Positions 1 to 8,989 of a stretch of 32,962 nt of DNA are shown one piece after another. The translations under genes and the position numbers were made by a program. A model generated the notes under the pieces. That model saw only the letters and a program-made list of their open reading frames with translations. It was not told the origin of the DNA and made no database searches. The DNA is from a virus (taxonomy: Duplodnaviria; Caudoviricetes): positions 1-32,962 of IMG/VR virus record IMGVR_UViG_3300025057_000030. One strand, given 5' to 3'. Each line of letters starts with the position of its first letter. Position 1 is the stretch's first letter.

Positions 1-2
1 CA

Positions 3-437
3 AGCAAACTCGGAAGGCGACGAAAGCTGACGCCCGAGAAAATCGAAGAAATCTGCAAATGGATCTCCGAAGGGCAAACGATTGAAGTAGCGGCGGGCCT
101 GTCCGGTGTTTCGGTTTCCAGTGTCTACAAATGGCTAGAACGTGGTCGAAAAGCCGAGGCGGACGAAGAAAGCGGGATTGAACTTGACGAAATTGACGTT
201 TTGAAAGTCCAGTTTTTACACGCTTTTGAAAAGGCGGACGCCCAATGGCAGAAAGACGCCGTTGAAACGATTCGAATCGCAGAGATTGATCCGCGTAACT
301 GGACTGCAGCAATGACCCGTCTTGAACGGAGAAAGCCGAAACAATGGGGCCGTCACGCTCCCAAACAGCCGGAAACCACGACCGAAGACAGGACGTTGAT
401 TGTCAAGCACGAGATTCCGGGGTTCAATGATGAATAG
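3..437 (+). CDS. terS: Terminase small subunit (HTH type), 5'-truncated by the window edge
   Basis: Frame open from base 3: SKLGRRRKLTPEKIEEICKWISEGQTIEVAAGLSGVSVSSVYKWLERG...NWTAAMTRLERRKPKQWGR; N-terminal HTH plus W-x-AA-x3-LERR-x-P-x2-WGR motif typical of TerS; just upstream of terL. Confidence 0.8.
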   Translation, partial: SKLGRRRKLTPEKIEEICKWISEGQTIEVAAGLSGVSVSSVYKWLERGRKAEADEESGIELDEIDVLKVQFLHAFEKADAQWQKDAVETIRIAEIDPRNWTAAMTRLERRKPKQWGRHAPKQPETTTEDRTLIVKHEIPGFNDE

Positions 438-549
438 ACTGTTCGCCAGCCTTTTCAACCTCTGGATTGAACACGCGCCCCGCGCTGTCAAAGCGTTTGG
501 TGTTGTGGTTCTGTTGGCGCTCGCCTCTATACTCTGGTCGGCGCAATGA
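427..549 (+). CDS. Small 40-aa putative membrane protein
   Basis: MMNRLFASLFNLWIEHAPRAVKAFGVVVLLALASILWSAQ; overlaps the terS end and its TGA overlaps the terL ATG (ATGA at 546-549); below the ORF track cutoff. Confidence 0.6.
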   Translation: MMNRLFASLFNLWIEHAPRAVKAFGVVVLLALASILWSAQ

Positions 550-1820
550 CTGAGGTTCGGATTGATTATTCGCCGTTGCCAGCGCAACACGCCTTCCACG
601 CCTGCAAAGACCGGGTTAAATGTATGTTGGGCGGTGTTGGCAGTGGAAAGACACGCGCCGGCGGAGCAGAGGCGGCGAACCATGCGTTGAATCAACCGAA
701 TTGTGATGGGATGATTGTTTCTCCGACCTATAACATGTTGACCCGTCTCTCCCTTCCCTCATTCCTCGAAACCCTACCGAAACAGGCGATAAAGGAACAC
801 AGAAAGGGCGACCGTGTCTTCATTCTGCACAATGGCGGGAAAGTTTGGTATGCGAGCGCGGATAGGCCCGAAACGCTCGACGGTTCCAACCTTGCATGGT
901 TTTGGGTTGACGAAGCCCGTTATATAAAGCGAATGGCTTATACAACCCTGCTTGCCAGACTTCGACAACCGGGCGCTATCCGACACCAGGGATTCTTGAC
1001 GACTACGCCCGAAATGAACTGGTTGTTTGACGAGTTCGGAAGCGACTCAAGGCCCGATGACCGCGCCATAATCAACGCCCGGACACAAGACAACATCCAC
1101 AACCCCGACGACTATATCGACCAGATGGAACGGAGCTATTCGGCGTCCCTGTTTGATATGTACGTCGGCGGGCAATTCGTGCATTTGTCTGGCGGTGTCT
1201 TCGCGGACTTCAACACGTCGATTCATGTTCAAAAGCTGGCGGTTGACCCGAAGACTCCTGTCAACATCGCCGTTGACTTCGGTTATAGAAACCCCTCGGT
1301 TCTCTACTGGCAGGTATTCCCGTTCTGTAAAGAGCACAACAGCCGCCAGTGTATGCACATCATCGACGAAGACCAACCGACGAACATATCCACCCGGCAG
1401 CTTGTCGAGCTCGTCAAAAAGAAGTTTGCGCGCAATCAATGGCGACGCGGACTTGCCTACGTTGACCCGGCGGGCGCGGCTGCATCTATCGTCGAAGGAT
1501 ATTCCGACGTGTCGTTGTTCAAGGGAGACGGATGGAAAGTGCTCGCCACCTACGACCCGCGCAAACGGTGGATTCCCTACGGTATTGACCAGATACGCTT
1601 GAAACTCATGCCACACAGCGGAATGCCTTCCCTTTACATCGACAGCAAGTGCAAGCACGAGCGCGGAATCGTCCGGGCGTTGCAGGCGTCGAAATATCCC
1701 GACAAACAGGCCGGGACACAAGCGAACGTCCCTGTCAAAGACGGGCTTTACGACCACGCCCGCGACGCTTTGCGCTATGCTGTCATCGGACTGGAAAACA
1801 ACGGAGTCAAGATACTTTGA
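546..1820 (+). CDS. terL: Terminase large subunit
   Basis: Walker A GGVGSGKT, Walker B WFWVDEA, motif III LTTTP, RNase H-like nuclease motifs AVDFG, YVDPAG, DHARDALRYA. Confidence 0.96.
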   Translation: MTEVRIDYSPLPAQHAFHACKDRVKCMLGGVGSGKTRAGGAEAANHALNQPNCDGMIVSPTYNMLTRLSLPSFLETLPKQAIKEHRKGDRVFILHNGGKVWYASADRPETLDGSNLAWFWVDEARYIKRMAYTTLLARLRQPGAIRHQGFLTTTPEMNWLFDEFGSDSRPDDRAIINARTQDNIHNPDDYIDQMERSYSASLFDMYVGGQFVHLSGGVFADFNTSIHVQKLAVDPKTPVNIAVDFGYRNPSVLYWQVFPFCKEHNSRQCMHIIDEDQPTNISTRQLVELVKKKFARNQWRRGLAYVDPAGAAASIVEGYSDVSLFKGDGWKVLATYDPRKRWIPYGIDQIRLKLMPHSGMPSLYIDSKCKHERGIVRALQASKYPDKQAGTQANVPVKDGLYDHARDALRYAVIGLENNGVKIL

Positions 1821-2512
1821 TACTCACACTCGAACAGGCAAACGCCGCTTGCAACGAAGCCGCGCGCCGATACTACGCCGAACGAAACCGACCTTTTCAG
1901 GGTTGGGGATCCGACTACACAAGCCGCTCAAAAATGCCGTGGTTTCTCGAAACGATGGATCGGGCCGCGTTGTTGCTCGGATTGAAAGCCGACCTTTCGT
2001 TCTGTGCTCTGTGGGGCCGGGCGATGCAGGAGACGGGCGCGGCATGGTACGACATCGAACAGAAAAGCGACGCGGACTGCGAAGCCGACTACGGATACCA
2101 AACCAGCACGGGCCGAAACCTCGGTAACACGCAACCCGGCGACGGAGCCCGCTACAAGGGCCGGGGCGTGATTCAAGCGACAGGCCGCGACAACTACACC
2201 AAAGCCGGGCAACGAATGGGCGTTGATTTCGTTTCAACCCCCGACCTGATTATAGAGCCCGAATACTCCGCCCGTTTTATTCACTGGTACATCGTCGAAG
2301 AAATGCCCCGGCGGAACCATTGGTGTCATTGTTACGACTGGTTAGTTGACGAATCGTTGTCGTTGGAAGAACGGGTGTACCGCGTGTCGGCGTGTATCAA
2401 CTGGGGATTCTGGCAACCGTGGAACCAGTACCCGGCAAAAGAGCAGATTCACGGGTTCGATATGTCGCTTGTGTACGCGCAATCGTTGGCGCAGGTGCTG
2501 GGGGTTGAGTGA
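1817..2512 (+). CDS. Glycoside hydrolase family 19 (chitinase-like) endolysin
   Basis: QETG and GRNLGNTQPGDGARYKGRGVIQATGRDNY signature; likely TTG start at 1817 overlapping the terL stop, with GGAG at 1803-1806 (ORF track start 1649 is probably too long). Confidence 0.88.
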   Translation: MILTLEQANAACNEAARRYYAERNRPFQGWGSDYTSRSKMPWFLETMDRAALLLGLKADLSFCALWGRAMQETGAAWYDIEQKSDADCEADYGYQTSTGRNLGNTQPGDGARYKGRGVIQATGRDNYTKAGQRMGVDFVSTPDLIIEPEYSARFIHWYIVEEMPRRNHWCHCYDWLVDESLSLEERVYRVSACINWGFWQPWNQYPAKEQIHGFDMSLVYAQSLAQVLGVE

Positions 2513-2527
2513 TTGGAAGGGGATAAG

Positions 2528-3682
2528 ATGAAAGAAAACGGATTGTTTCTCATGCAAGGCGATTGCCTGGAACGTATGAAAGAGCTTGAGGACAACAGTA
2601 TAGACGCAGTGGTCACAGATCCGCCTTACGGCCTCGCCTTTATGGGGAAACGTTGGGATTATGACGTGCCGAGCGTGGACATCTGGCGCGAATGCTTGCG
2701 CGTACTGAAACCCGGCGGATACCTGCTGGCCTTCGCAGGGACACGAACACAACACAGGATGGCGGTCAATATCGAGGATGCAGGGTTTGAGATCCGCGAT
2801 ATGATTGCTTGGGTGTACGGTTCAGGCTTTCCAAAGTCGCATAACGTTTCAAAGGGGATTGACAGGGCGAAAGGACTTTTACAGGCGGAGTCAACAGGGT
2901 TTACAGTTGCAGGCTACAGTCATGCGCCCGACAAGCTACAACATACGGCCCCGAGTCGAGGATATATACCGCCAAAACCAAAAAGCGAAGCCGCGAAACA
3001 GTGGGAAGGATGGGGCACAGCACTGAAGCCCGCCCTTGAACCTGTCACAGTAGCCCGTAAGCCTTTTGCGGGCACGGTCGCGGACAACGTGCTCCAACAC
3101 GGTACAGGCGCGATCAACATTGACGCTTGCAGGATTGAGACAGAGGACGGGGCTACGTTTGCGCGACACGTAGCCCCGTCTCATTTTAGCGGAAGTGGAA
3201 GAGAACCCGGTGAAGTCTACTTCACCGGAAGCGACAAAGGGCGATGGCCCGCCAACCTGATACACGACGGCTCCGACGAAGTACTTGACGTGTTTCCCGA
3301 CGATTCGGCGCGTTTCTTCTATTGTGCTAAGGCACAGAAAGACGACAGGGACGCGGGCTTGTCACGGGCAACGACCAGCGCAGGGCAAAAGACGAACCGC
3401 AAGGAAGGAAGCGCAGGGATCACGCCTTACACAGGAACAAGAGTGCCGACAAGAAACAATCACCCCACGGTCAAGCCTGTTTCACTCATGCGCTACTTGT
3501 GCCGACTTGTGACGCAACCGGGCGGGGTGGTGCTTGATCCGTTTATGGGAAGCGGCACGACTGGAAGGGCCTGTCTTGAGGAAGGCTTTGCTTTTGTGGG
3601 TATTGAGCGCGACCCCGAATATTTCCAACTTTGCAAGGAAAGAATGAACCGTGTTCAGCTTCCCCTGTTTGGGGGCGCGTGA
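2528..3682 (+). CDS. DNA N6-adenine/N4-cytosine methyltransferase (beta class)
   Basis: GDCLE, catalytic TDPPY, then HPTVKP and SAM-binding LDPFMGSGTTG; ATG at 2528. Confidence 0.95.
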   Translation: MKENGLFLMQGDCLERMKELEDNSIDAVVTDPPYGLAFMGKRWDYDVPSVDIWRECLRVLKPGGYLLAFAGTRTQHRMAVNIEDAGFEIRDMIAWVYGSGFPKSHNVSKGIDRAKGLLQAESTGFTVAGYSHAPDKLQHTAPSRGYIPPKPKSEAAKQWEGWGTALKPALEPVTVARKPFAGTVADNVLQHGTGAINIDACRIETEDGATFARHVAPSHFSGSGREPGEVYFTGSDKGRWPANLIHDGSDEVLDVFPDDSARFFYCAKAQKDDRDAGLSRATTSAGQKTNRKEGSAGITPYTGTRVPTRNNHPTVKPVSLMRYLCRLVTQPGGVVLDPFMGSGTTGRACLEEGFAFVGIERDPEYFQLCKERMNRVQLPLFGGA

Positions 3683-4152
3683 TGTCTTTCTTACCTGAAA
3701 CCAAACGACCCGCCAGAAAACAGAAGTCAACGAAATCTCACGTTGAAGACCTGTTCTTTGCACAGTGTCAGGCGGAGGGCTTGCCGTTGCCCGAGCGACA
3801 GGTTCGTTTGATTCCACAGACACGCAAAGACCCGGCGAACACTGGCGGAAAAATGACCCGTCACAAGGTCGATTTCGTTTGGAAGGATAAGCGGGTTGTG
3901 TTGGAGGTGCAGGGCGGAACGTGGTCGGGCGGTCGCCATACACGCGGAGAAGGGTACGAAGGCGACTGTTGGAAAATGGCACACTTGCAACTTGAGGGCT
4001 TTACGGTGTATTTTGCCACAAGTGGACAAGTCAAACGCGGCGAGGCTTTATCGTGGATTGCGGAGGCGCTTGGAATTGAACGCCGTTCAAAGGCGAAGTC
4101 GAAGCCCGAAACAGACCCGCGACAGATGAAACTGATTGAAGGGTTGTTCTAG
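3682..4152 (+). CDS. PD-(D/E)XK family endonuclease (DUF559/Vsr-like)
   Basis: KVDFVW...VLEVQGGTWSGGRHTRGEGYEGDCWK...EGFTVY pattern; ATG overlaps the MTase stop (TGATG). Confidence 0.8.
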   Translation: MSFLPETKRPARKQKSTKSHVEDLFFAQCQAEGLPLPERQVRLIPQTRKDPANTGGKMTRHKVDFVWKDKRVVLEVQGGTWSGGRHTRGEGYEGDCWKMAHLQLEGFTVYFATSGQVKRGEALSWIAEALGIERRSKAKSKPETDPRQMKLIEGLF

Positions 4153-4248
4153 TGGCGACGATACAGATCAACCTTGACGTGACTGTCTATCGGTTGTTTT
4201 CTGAGTATTATTCCGCCGACCACAAAGCAACAATGGAAGGTTTGATAC

Positions 4249-4641
4249 ATGACACGCAAAGCCAAACCTCCGAAGGGCGCAATCGCAGAAGCCCGGAAAA
4301 TGATACGATGGCGCGACAGGCACGGGCGAAAGGTCGTCAAGGGCGCAACGCGCGTCGGGTGGACAAGGGCGAATCAGATTGCCAGCGGGAAACCCCTGAC
4401 GGAAGCAACCATTCGAAGGATGGCGCGGTTCAATCGTCACCGTAAAAACGCAAAGGTCGCGGAGAAGTATCAGGCGACACCGTGGCGAGACAGGGGCCGG
4501 GTTGCGTGGGGAACCTGGGGCGGAACATCCGGCGTCAATTGGGCGATTCGCAAGGTTCGACAGTACGACAGAGAAGACAAAGCCAAACGAACACGACGAC
4601 GAAACAGCCGTTCGAGACGACGGCGAACAAGGGCGCGATGA
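4249..4641 (+). CDS. Basic phage protein of unknown function with Arg-rich tail
   Basis: GATRVGWTRANQIASG...TIRRMARFNRH...AWGTWGGTSGVNWA resembles a domain I recall from phage head modules; GGAAGG RBS; stop overlaps the portal start. Confidence 0.75.
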   Translation: MTRKAKPPKGAIAEARKMIRWRDRHGRKVVKGATRVGWTRANQIASGKPLTEATIRRMARFNRHRKNAKVAEKYQATPWRDRGRVAWGTWGGTSGVNWAIRKVRQYDREDKAKRTRRRNSRSRRRRTRAR

Positions 4642-5966
4642 TGAAGATCACAAGCGAAAACCTGCAAAACCTGGTCAAAAGTCAGGAACAAACCGAGCGC
4701 CGCGAATACGTTGCCGACCTGCTCGACATTTACGCGGGCGACTGGAAAGAGCAACTCGACGCGCACCTTCGGGAGTTGTTTCTTCCACAGACTTACGAAA
4801 AGCTGGCGATTCGTGCCGATACTTCAATCAACGTGCTGAAACAGGCCGCAGACCAGATCGCTTGCGTTTATAGCCGCATGACAACCCGCACGGTTGACGG
4901 CGATCCCGACCCCTTCGACAACTTCGTTGATCTCGACATGGCTTTCGATGCGTCTGACAAGAAATCCTTTGTTGCACAGGAAGTCTTTGTTCGCCCGTTG
5001 TACGATCCCGAGCGCAAGAAACTCACCGTTGACATTCTGACGCCCGAAAGCGCATGGGCGTTACCTGCACAACTTGACCCGCTCGGGCTTTCGTTTCTCA
5101 TGTACCAGCGCGGGAACGATTATGTTGTGTGGACAGACGAATTTTACGCAACTTACGACCGCGACTTCAACCTTGTACCAGACGAAGGCAACCCGGAAAA
5201 CCTGAATCCCTTTGGTGTCATCCCCTGGATCTGCATTCATAACAATTACCCATCCGACGGGCGCGTTTTTCACGAAGGCGAGTCGGAACAACTTCGACAA
5301 GCGACGCTGGCGACGGGCGTTCAGAAAACCGACTTCAACCACATTCAACACCTGCAATCGTTCAAACAACTGGTTGGAATCGGGCTTGACGACGAAGAGA
5401 AGATGCAAAAGATGGCCGACCCGTCGGCAATGATGACAATTGACAATCCGGGCGGATCTGTTCAAGTGCTCGACATGCAAGCCAACTTGAAACAACACCT
5501 TGAGACAGTGTTGGAAGCGTCGGCGGTGACGTTGAACCAGCTGGGAATACGCCCCGAAATGACAAAGGGAACATTGTCGGCGCAGTCTGGTTACGCCCTG
5601 ACAATCCAGTTGCACAACCTCGAAAGTCAGTGGGAGAAGCGCCGCAACCTCTGGCGGATGTACGAACAACGCTTTTATGATGTCGCGCGGGCCGTTTGGG
5701 AATTCTTCACAGATGAAGAGTTGCCGGAGGGCGTGGTTCAAGTCGAATACCAACCGCTCGGGCCGGGCGCGAATCTGTCGGAAGAGGTCAACACCTACAA
5801 AACAGCCGTTGACGCAAAGTTGATCTCACGAAAGCGCGCGATGCAAACGCTTTGGAACATGACAGACGACGAAGCCGACGAAGAGATCGCGCAAATCCAG
5901 GCAGAAGAAGTCGCTATGATGGCCCCGATGATTCCGGTTGCAGGTCTGAACAATGGCGACGATTGA
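4638..5966 (+). CDS. Portal protein
   Basis: About 442 aa, first large gene of the head module; NPFGVIPW, SAQSGYAL and C-terminal EADEEIAQIQAE features of SPP1-type portals; ATG at 4638/4641. Confidence 0.8.
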   Translation: MMKITSENLQNLVKSQEQTERREYVADLLDIYAGDWKEQLDAHLRELFLPQTYEKLAIRADTSINVLKQAADQIACVYSRMTTRTVDGDPDPFDNFVDLDMAFDASDKKSFVAQEVFVRPLYDPERKKLTVDILTPESAWALPAQLDPLGLSFLMYQRGNDYVVWTDEFYATYDRDFNLVPDEGNPENLNPFGVIPWICIHNNYPSDGRVFHEGESEQLRQATLATGVQKTDFNHIQHLQSFKQLVGIGLDDEEKMQKMADPSAMMTIDNPGGSVQVLDMQANLKQHLETVLEASAVTLNQLGIRPEMTKGTLSAQSGYALTIQLHNLESQWEKRRNLWRMYEQRFYDVARAVWEFFTDEELPEGVVQVEYQPLGPGANLSEEVNTYKTAVDAKLISRKRAMQTLWNMTDDEADEEIAQIQAEEVAMMAPMIPVAGLNNGDD

Positions 5967-6816
5967 CGAACTTTCCATTCGAACAGAAGAGTCGTTGAAG
6001 CGGGTAGCGCGTAGCTATCGAAAGCAACTGCCCGGCCTTCGCGATTATCTGTTGCAGTGGATTCGAGAGAACCGAGGCGACGACAAGATTCTTCGTTCTC
6101 AGGTGTCGTTGCAACTGGTCTATGCGTTGATTGACCGGGCGGGCGTTCGGAAGTATTTCGAATTCGACCCGTTCCTCAATCTGGCGACACAAACTGCGTT
6201 GGAACAAATCAAGTCGTTGGGCGTTGAGTTTTCCGACGGCTTGGAAACCCCGTCGTTGCGTTCTCTGGAAGCCGCGCTTTCTGGCGAGGGTGTCGCCTTT
6301 CTCGAACAACAGAACGCCGCCAAACAGTCGGCAACCTTGCAGGTCGGGCGCATTCGTGACAACATCGCCTCGCAAGTGCAACAGGTGCTTTTGCAAATGC
6401 AGGTAGTACCGACGCCGCTATCGGTTGCAGGTGAGCAGATCGCCAGCGTCTCGAATCTGTCGCAGGGACAGGCTGAAACGATTGTGCGAACAGCGATGTC
6501 GGCGCAAGTTCAGAGTATCCAGAATGCAGCCGGGCAACGGATGGAAAACGCAGGTGTTGAAACCCTCGCGATTTATTCAGGCCCCGACGACTCGCTTGAC
6601 CGCGCCTTTTGTGATGCCTGCGTCGGCAAGGCGTTTACACGGGCACAGATCGGGAGACTCAACAACGGTCAAGGGCTTTCTGTGATGTCGTCGTGTGGAG
6701 GTTACAACTGTCGTCACGAATGGGTTTGGGTTCCCGCTTCTTACGTTGACCGCCAAAAGATACCGCGCGCGACATCGGCGGACATTCAGCGCGCAAACAA
6801 AAGGGCGAAGCGATGA
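5953..6816 (+). CDS. Head morphogenesis / minor capsid protein (SPP1 gp7/MuF-like)
   Basis: C-terminal YSGPDD..DRAFC...GGYNCRH motif; follows the portal. Confidence 0.8.
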   Translation: MATIDELSIRTEESLKRVARSYRKQLPGLRDYLLQWIRENRGDDKILRSQVSLQLVYALIDRAGVRKYFEFDPFLNLATQTALEQIKSLGVEFSDGLETPSLRSLEAALSGEGVAFLEQQNAAKQSATLQVGRIRDNIASQVQQVLLQMQVVPTPLSVAGEQIASVSNLSQGQAETIVRTAMSAQVQSIQNAAGQRMENAGVETLAIYSGPDDSLDRAFCDACVGKAFTRAQIGRLNNGQGLSVMSSCGGYNCRHEWVWVPASYVDRQKIPRATSADIQRANKRAKR

Positions 6817-7280
6817 TCAAGTTTCCGAAAAATCTTTCGTTGCCGATCCCTGATATATTGAACGACGACAACGTTTTGCAGGTGTTGGAGGTCGCAGGGA
6901 ACGTCGGCGTCGCCAGTATCAAACAGCGTGTTCGCTCGGGCCGTGGTGTCGATGACCAGAAAATGAAAACAAAAAGTCGCGATGCAAACAGTAACCGAAC
7001 CTATTCGAAGGCATACGCGGAGGCGCGGGGCCGTTCTGGTCGGCGCGCGGACATTCGGGACTTGACCTTGTCGGGCGCGATGTTGAAGGCTGTTCTGCTC
7101 GATAGAGTCGAAAAGACAGGAACAGGGGCGCAGGCCGTGATCACGGTTGCGAACGACCAGAAAGAAAAGGCCGTTTACAATCAGGCTTTAACGCCTTGGT
7201 TCGGAGTATCGCCCAACGACGAACAGGCAATTCGCGCAGCCGTCGAAGCCGAACTGCAACGCATTGTGTCGGAGGCGTAG
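6813..7280 (+). CDS. Putative virion morphogenesis / neck protein
   Basis: YSKAYAE...DLTLSGAML...PWFGVS pattern resembling Mu gpG-like morphogenesis proteins; position. Confidence 0.6.
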   Translation: MIKFPKNLSLPIPDILNDDNVLQVLEVAGNVGVASIKQRVRSGRGVDDQKMKTKSRDANSNRTYSKAYAEARGRSGRRADIRDLTLSGAMLKAVLLDRVEKTGTGAQAVITVANDQKEKAVYNQALTPWFGVSPNDEQAIRAAVEAELQRIVSEA

Positions 7281-7319
7281 AAACGAAAAAACCCCGACTC
7301 CGTAAAGAATCGAGGCTTT
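7281..7319 (-). terminator. Intrinsic terminator-like hairpin on the antisense strand
   Basis: Minus strand reads AAAGCCUCGAUUC-UUUACG-GAGUCGGGGUUUUUUCGUUU; stem needs G-U pairs that form only on the minus strand and is followed by a U tract. Confidence 0.55.
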
Positions 7320-7372
7320 CCACTTGTGCATTGTGTGAAGTACGTTAGCGATTCATCGAACGGAGGTCAAGC

Positions 7373-7858
7373 ATGTCTGACACAAAAGACGACAAAACAG
7401 AAGACATTTTGAAAGAGCTGGCGGCGTTGTTCCTTGAGGATGGCGACGGCGACGGCGACGGGGCGGACACTGGCGACGGTGACGACAAAGGCGCAGGTGG
7501 TGGCACTGGCGACGGTGGAGAAGGCGGCGACGACGTTGAAGCCCTGAAAGCCGAAAACGAGCGCTTGAAAGCACTGGTCGCGGAGTACGAAGAAAGCGCG
7601 AAGGGCCTGCTCGATTCGCGCCTTTCTGGACTGTCCAAAGACAAGCAAGAAAAAGTGCAAGGCATGTTTACGCGACTCAAGATGGAAAACCCCTTGCAAC
7701 AATTGACAGTTTTGCATACATTCAAGTCTGAGACACGAACAAAGCCTTCGGTGGACAATTCGCGGTCTACGCAGTCCGGCCCCTCCAGCAAACCGAAGAA
7801 TGCAAGAGAATTGCGCGCGCGCTTTCGTGAGATCATGAAAAACAACGCGCAGAAGTGA
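7373..7858 (+). CDS. Putative capsid scaffolding protein
   Basis: Acidic Gly/Asp low-complexity N-terminus, coiled coil (EALKAENERLKALVAEYE), basic C-terminus; directly before the capsid gene; GGAGG RBS. Confidence 0.7.
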   Translation: MSDTKDDKTEDILKELAALFLEDGDGDGDGADTGDGDDKGAGGGTGDGGEGGDDVEALKAENERLKALVAEYEESAKGLLDSRLSGLSKDKQEKVQGMFTRLKMENPLQQLTVLHTFKSETRTKPSVDNSRSTQSGPSSKPKNARELRARFREIMKNNAQK

Positions 7859-7886
7859 TACCCAAAACGCTGGAGGATAGCCGGAC

Positions 7887-8933
7887 ATGGCAACCGAAAC
7901 TCTCACAACCTACGCAAACGGCCTTCGCGATAACTACGGAAACGAAGTTGTCATGTCGCTTGTCGATGCGTCTGGTTCTCACCTCAAATCCATCGTTCCC
8001 CCCAACTCTGTGATTGGTCGCCTCGCCGTCAACAATCGCATTTTCTTTCGCGGTATGGGCGCAGACCGTGGCGGTCGTTACGCTGCACAATTCCCGGTCT
8101 ACTACTCCGCCGGGGCTGCAACTTCCTACGCGCAGGGCGACGCCTACCCGACCGCGACAAACGTTTCCATCGCTCAGGCCCTCGCAGAATGGGCGCGTTA
8201 CTGGATCCCGATGGAAATGGACGGACTGTTGATCGACGGTGGACAGGGCAACAGCATTGTCGGCGATGCAGATGCTATCGCCCTCGAATTCGAGTTGAAG
8301 CTGAAAGCTCTGTTTTCCAAGATCGAAAACGACCTTGTGAAAGCGCAGGCGGGCAACAACCTTTCAGGCGTCAAAACCTGGATGACCAACACCGGGACAT
8401 TCGAAGGTTTGAGCCTGGCCAATTCATGGTGGCAACCCGCGCTGAAAAACGGCGGAGCCGCAACCATCACCCGCGCCATGATTCGCGAAGTCTTCGCGCA
8501 GTTGGCAGACCAGAACGCCCGCCCGAATGAAATTTGGTGTTCCCGTACTCAATACAACCTGATTGCGGAAGTGTTGGGCGCCGACATTCAGTACATTGAA
8601 GTGCAGAGTGTCGAAGGCTTGATTCGTACATTCACCCTTGACGGTGTGCCCGTGTTCCCCATCGACAGCATGGAACCGAGCGGAAACGCGGTCAACGATG
8701 AAGTCTGGTTTGTGAACACCGACATGATGAGCTTGCACTTCCTGCCCCAGGGCACTGCAACCACCGATGTCGAGCTTGAAACCAAAGCAGCCGACTACGA
8801 AGGTTATCCCATCGGAATCAAGGCCATCGACCCCGGACATGACGCCGAAGCCATGATCATCAAATGCTATCCGCAACTGGTTTGCAAGAACCCGTCGCAG
8901 TTTGGCGCGATCTACGGCCTCGCCACTTCCTGA
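7887..8933 (+). CDS. Major capsid protein (probable HK97 fold)
   Basis: 348 aa after the scaffold; spine-helix-like AIALEFELKLKALFSKIENDLV and C-terminal QLVCKNPSQFGAIYGL; GGAGG RBS. Confidence 0.8.
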   Translation: MATETLTTYANGLRDNYGNEVVMSLVDASGSHLKSIVPPNSVIGRLAVNNRIFFRGMGADRGGRYAAQFPVYYSAGAATSYAQGDAYPTATNVSIAQALAEWARYWIPMEMDGLLIDGGQGNSIVGDADAIALEFELKLKALFSKIENDLVKAQAGNNLSGVKTWMTNTGTFEGLSLANSWWQPALKNGGAATITRAMIREVFAQLADQNARPNEIWCSRTQYNLIAEVLGADIQYIEVQSVEGLIRTFTLDGVPVFPIDSMEPSGNAVNDEVWFVNTDMMSLHFLPQGTATTDVELETKAADYEGYPIGIKAIDPGHDAEAMIIKCYPQLVCKNPSQFGAIYGLATS

Positions 8934-8989
8934 TTTCTGCACTTCCTGAATTCTCGAATACTTCAAACCTTGAAAAAGGAAATTGAATC

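Noticed and set aside
1-150. Similarity between the two window ends read as a direct terminal repeat or circular overlap
   Set aside because: Many synonymous differences and later amino-acid divergence; these are homologous genes, not identical repeats
1649-1816. N-terminal extensions in the ORF track (also 4482-4637, 17249-17329, 21910-21981, 26010-26171, 31040-31111, 32400-32552)
   Set aside because: They overlap upstream genes or the ribozyme; downstream starts have better RBS or stop-start coupling
7437-7535. GACGGC microsatellite-like run
   Set aside because: Encodes the Gly/Asp low-complexity linker of the scaffold protein
8923-8949. CACTTCCTGA direct repeat at the end of the capsid gene
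   Set aside because: Only two 10-bp copies with no further context; could be chance or a small duplication
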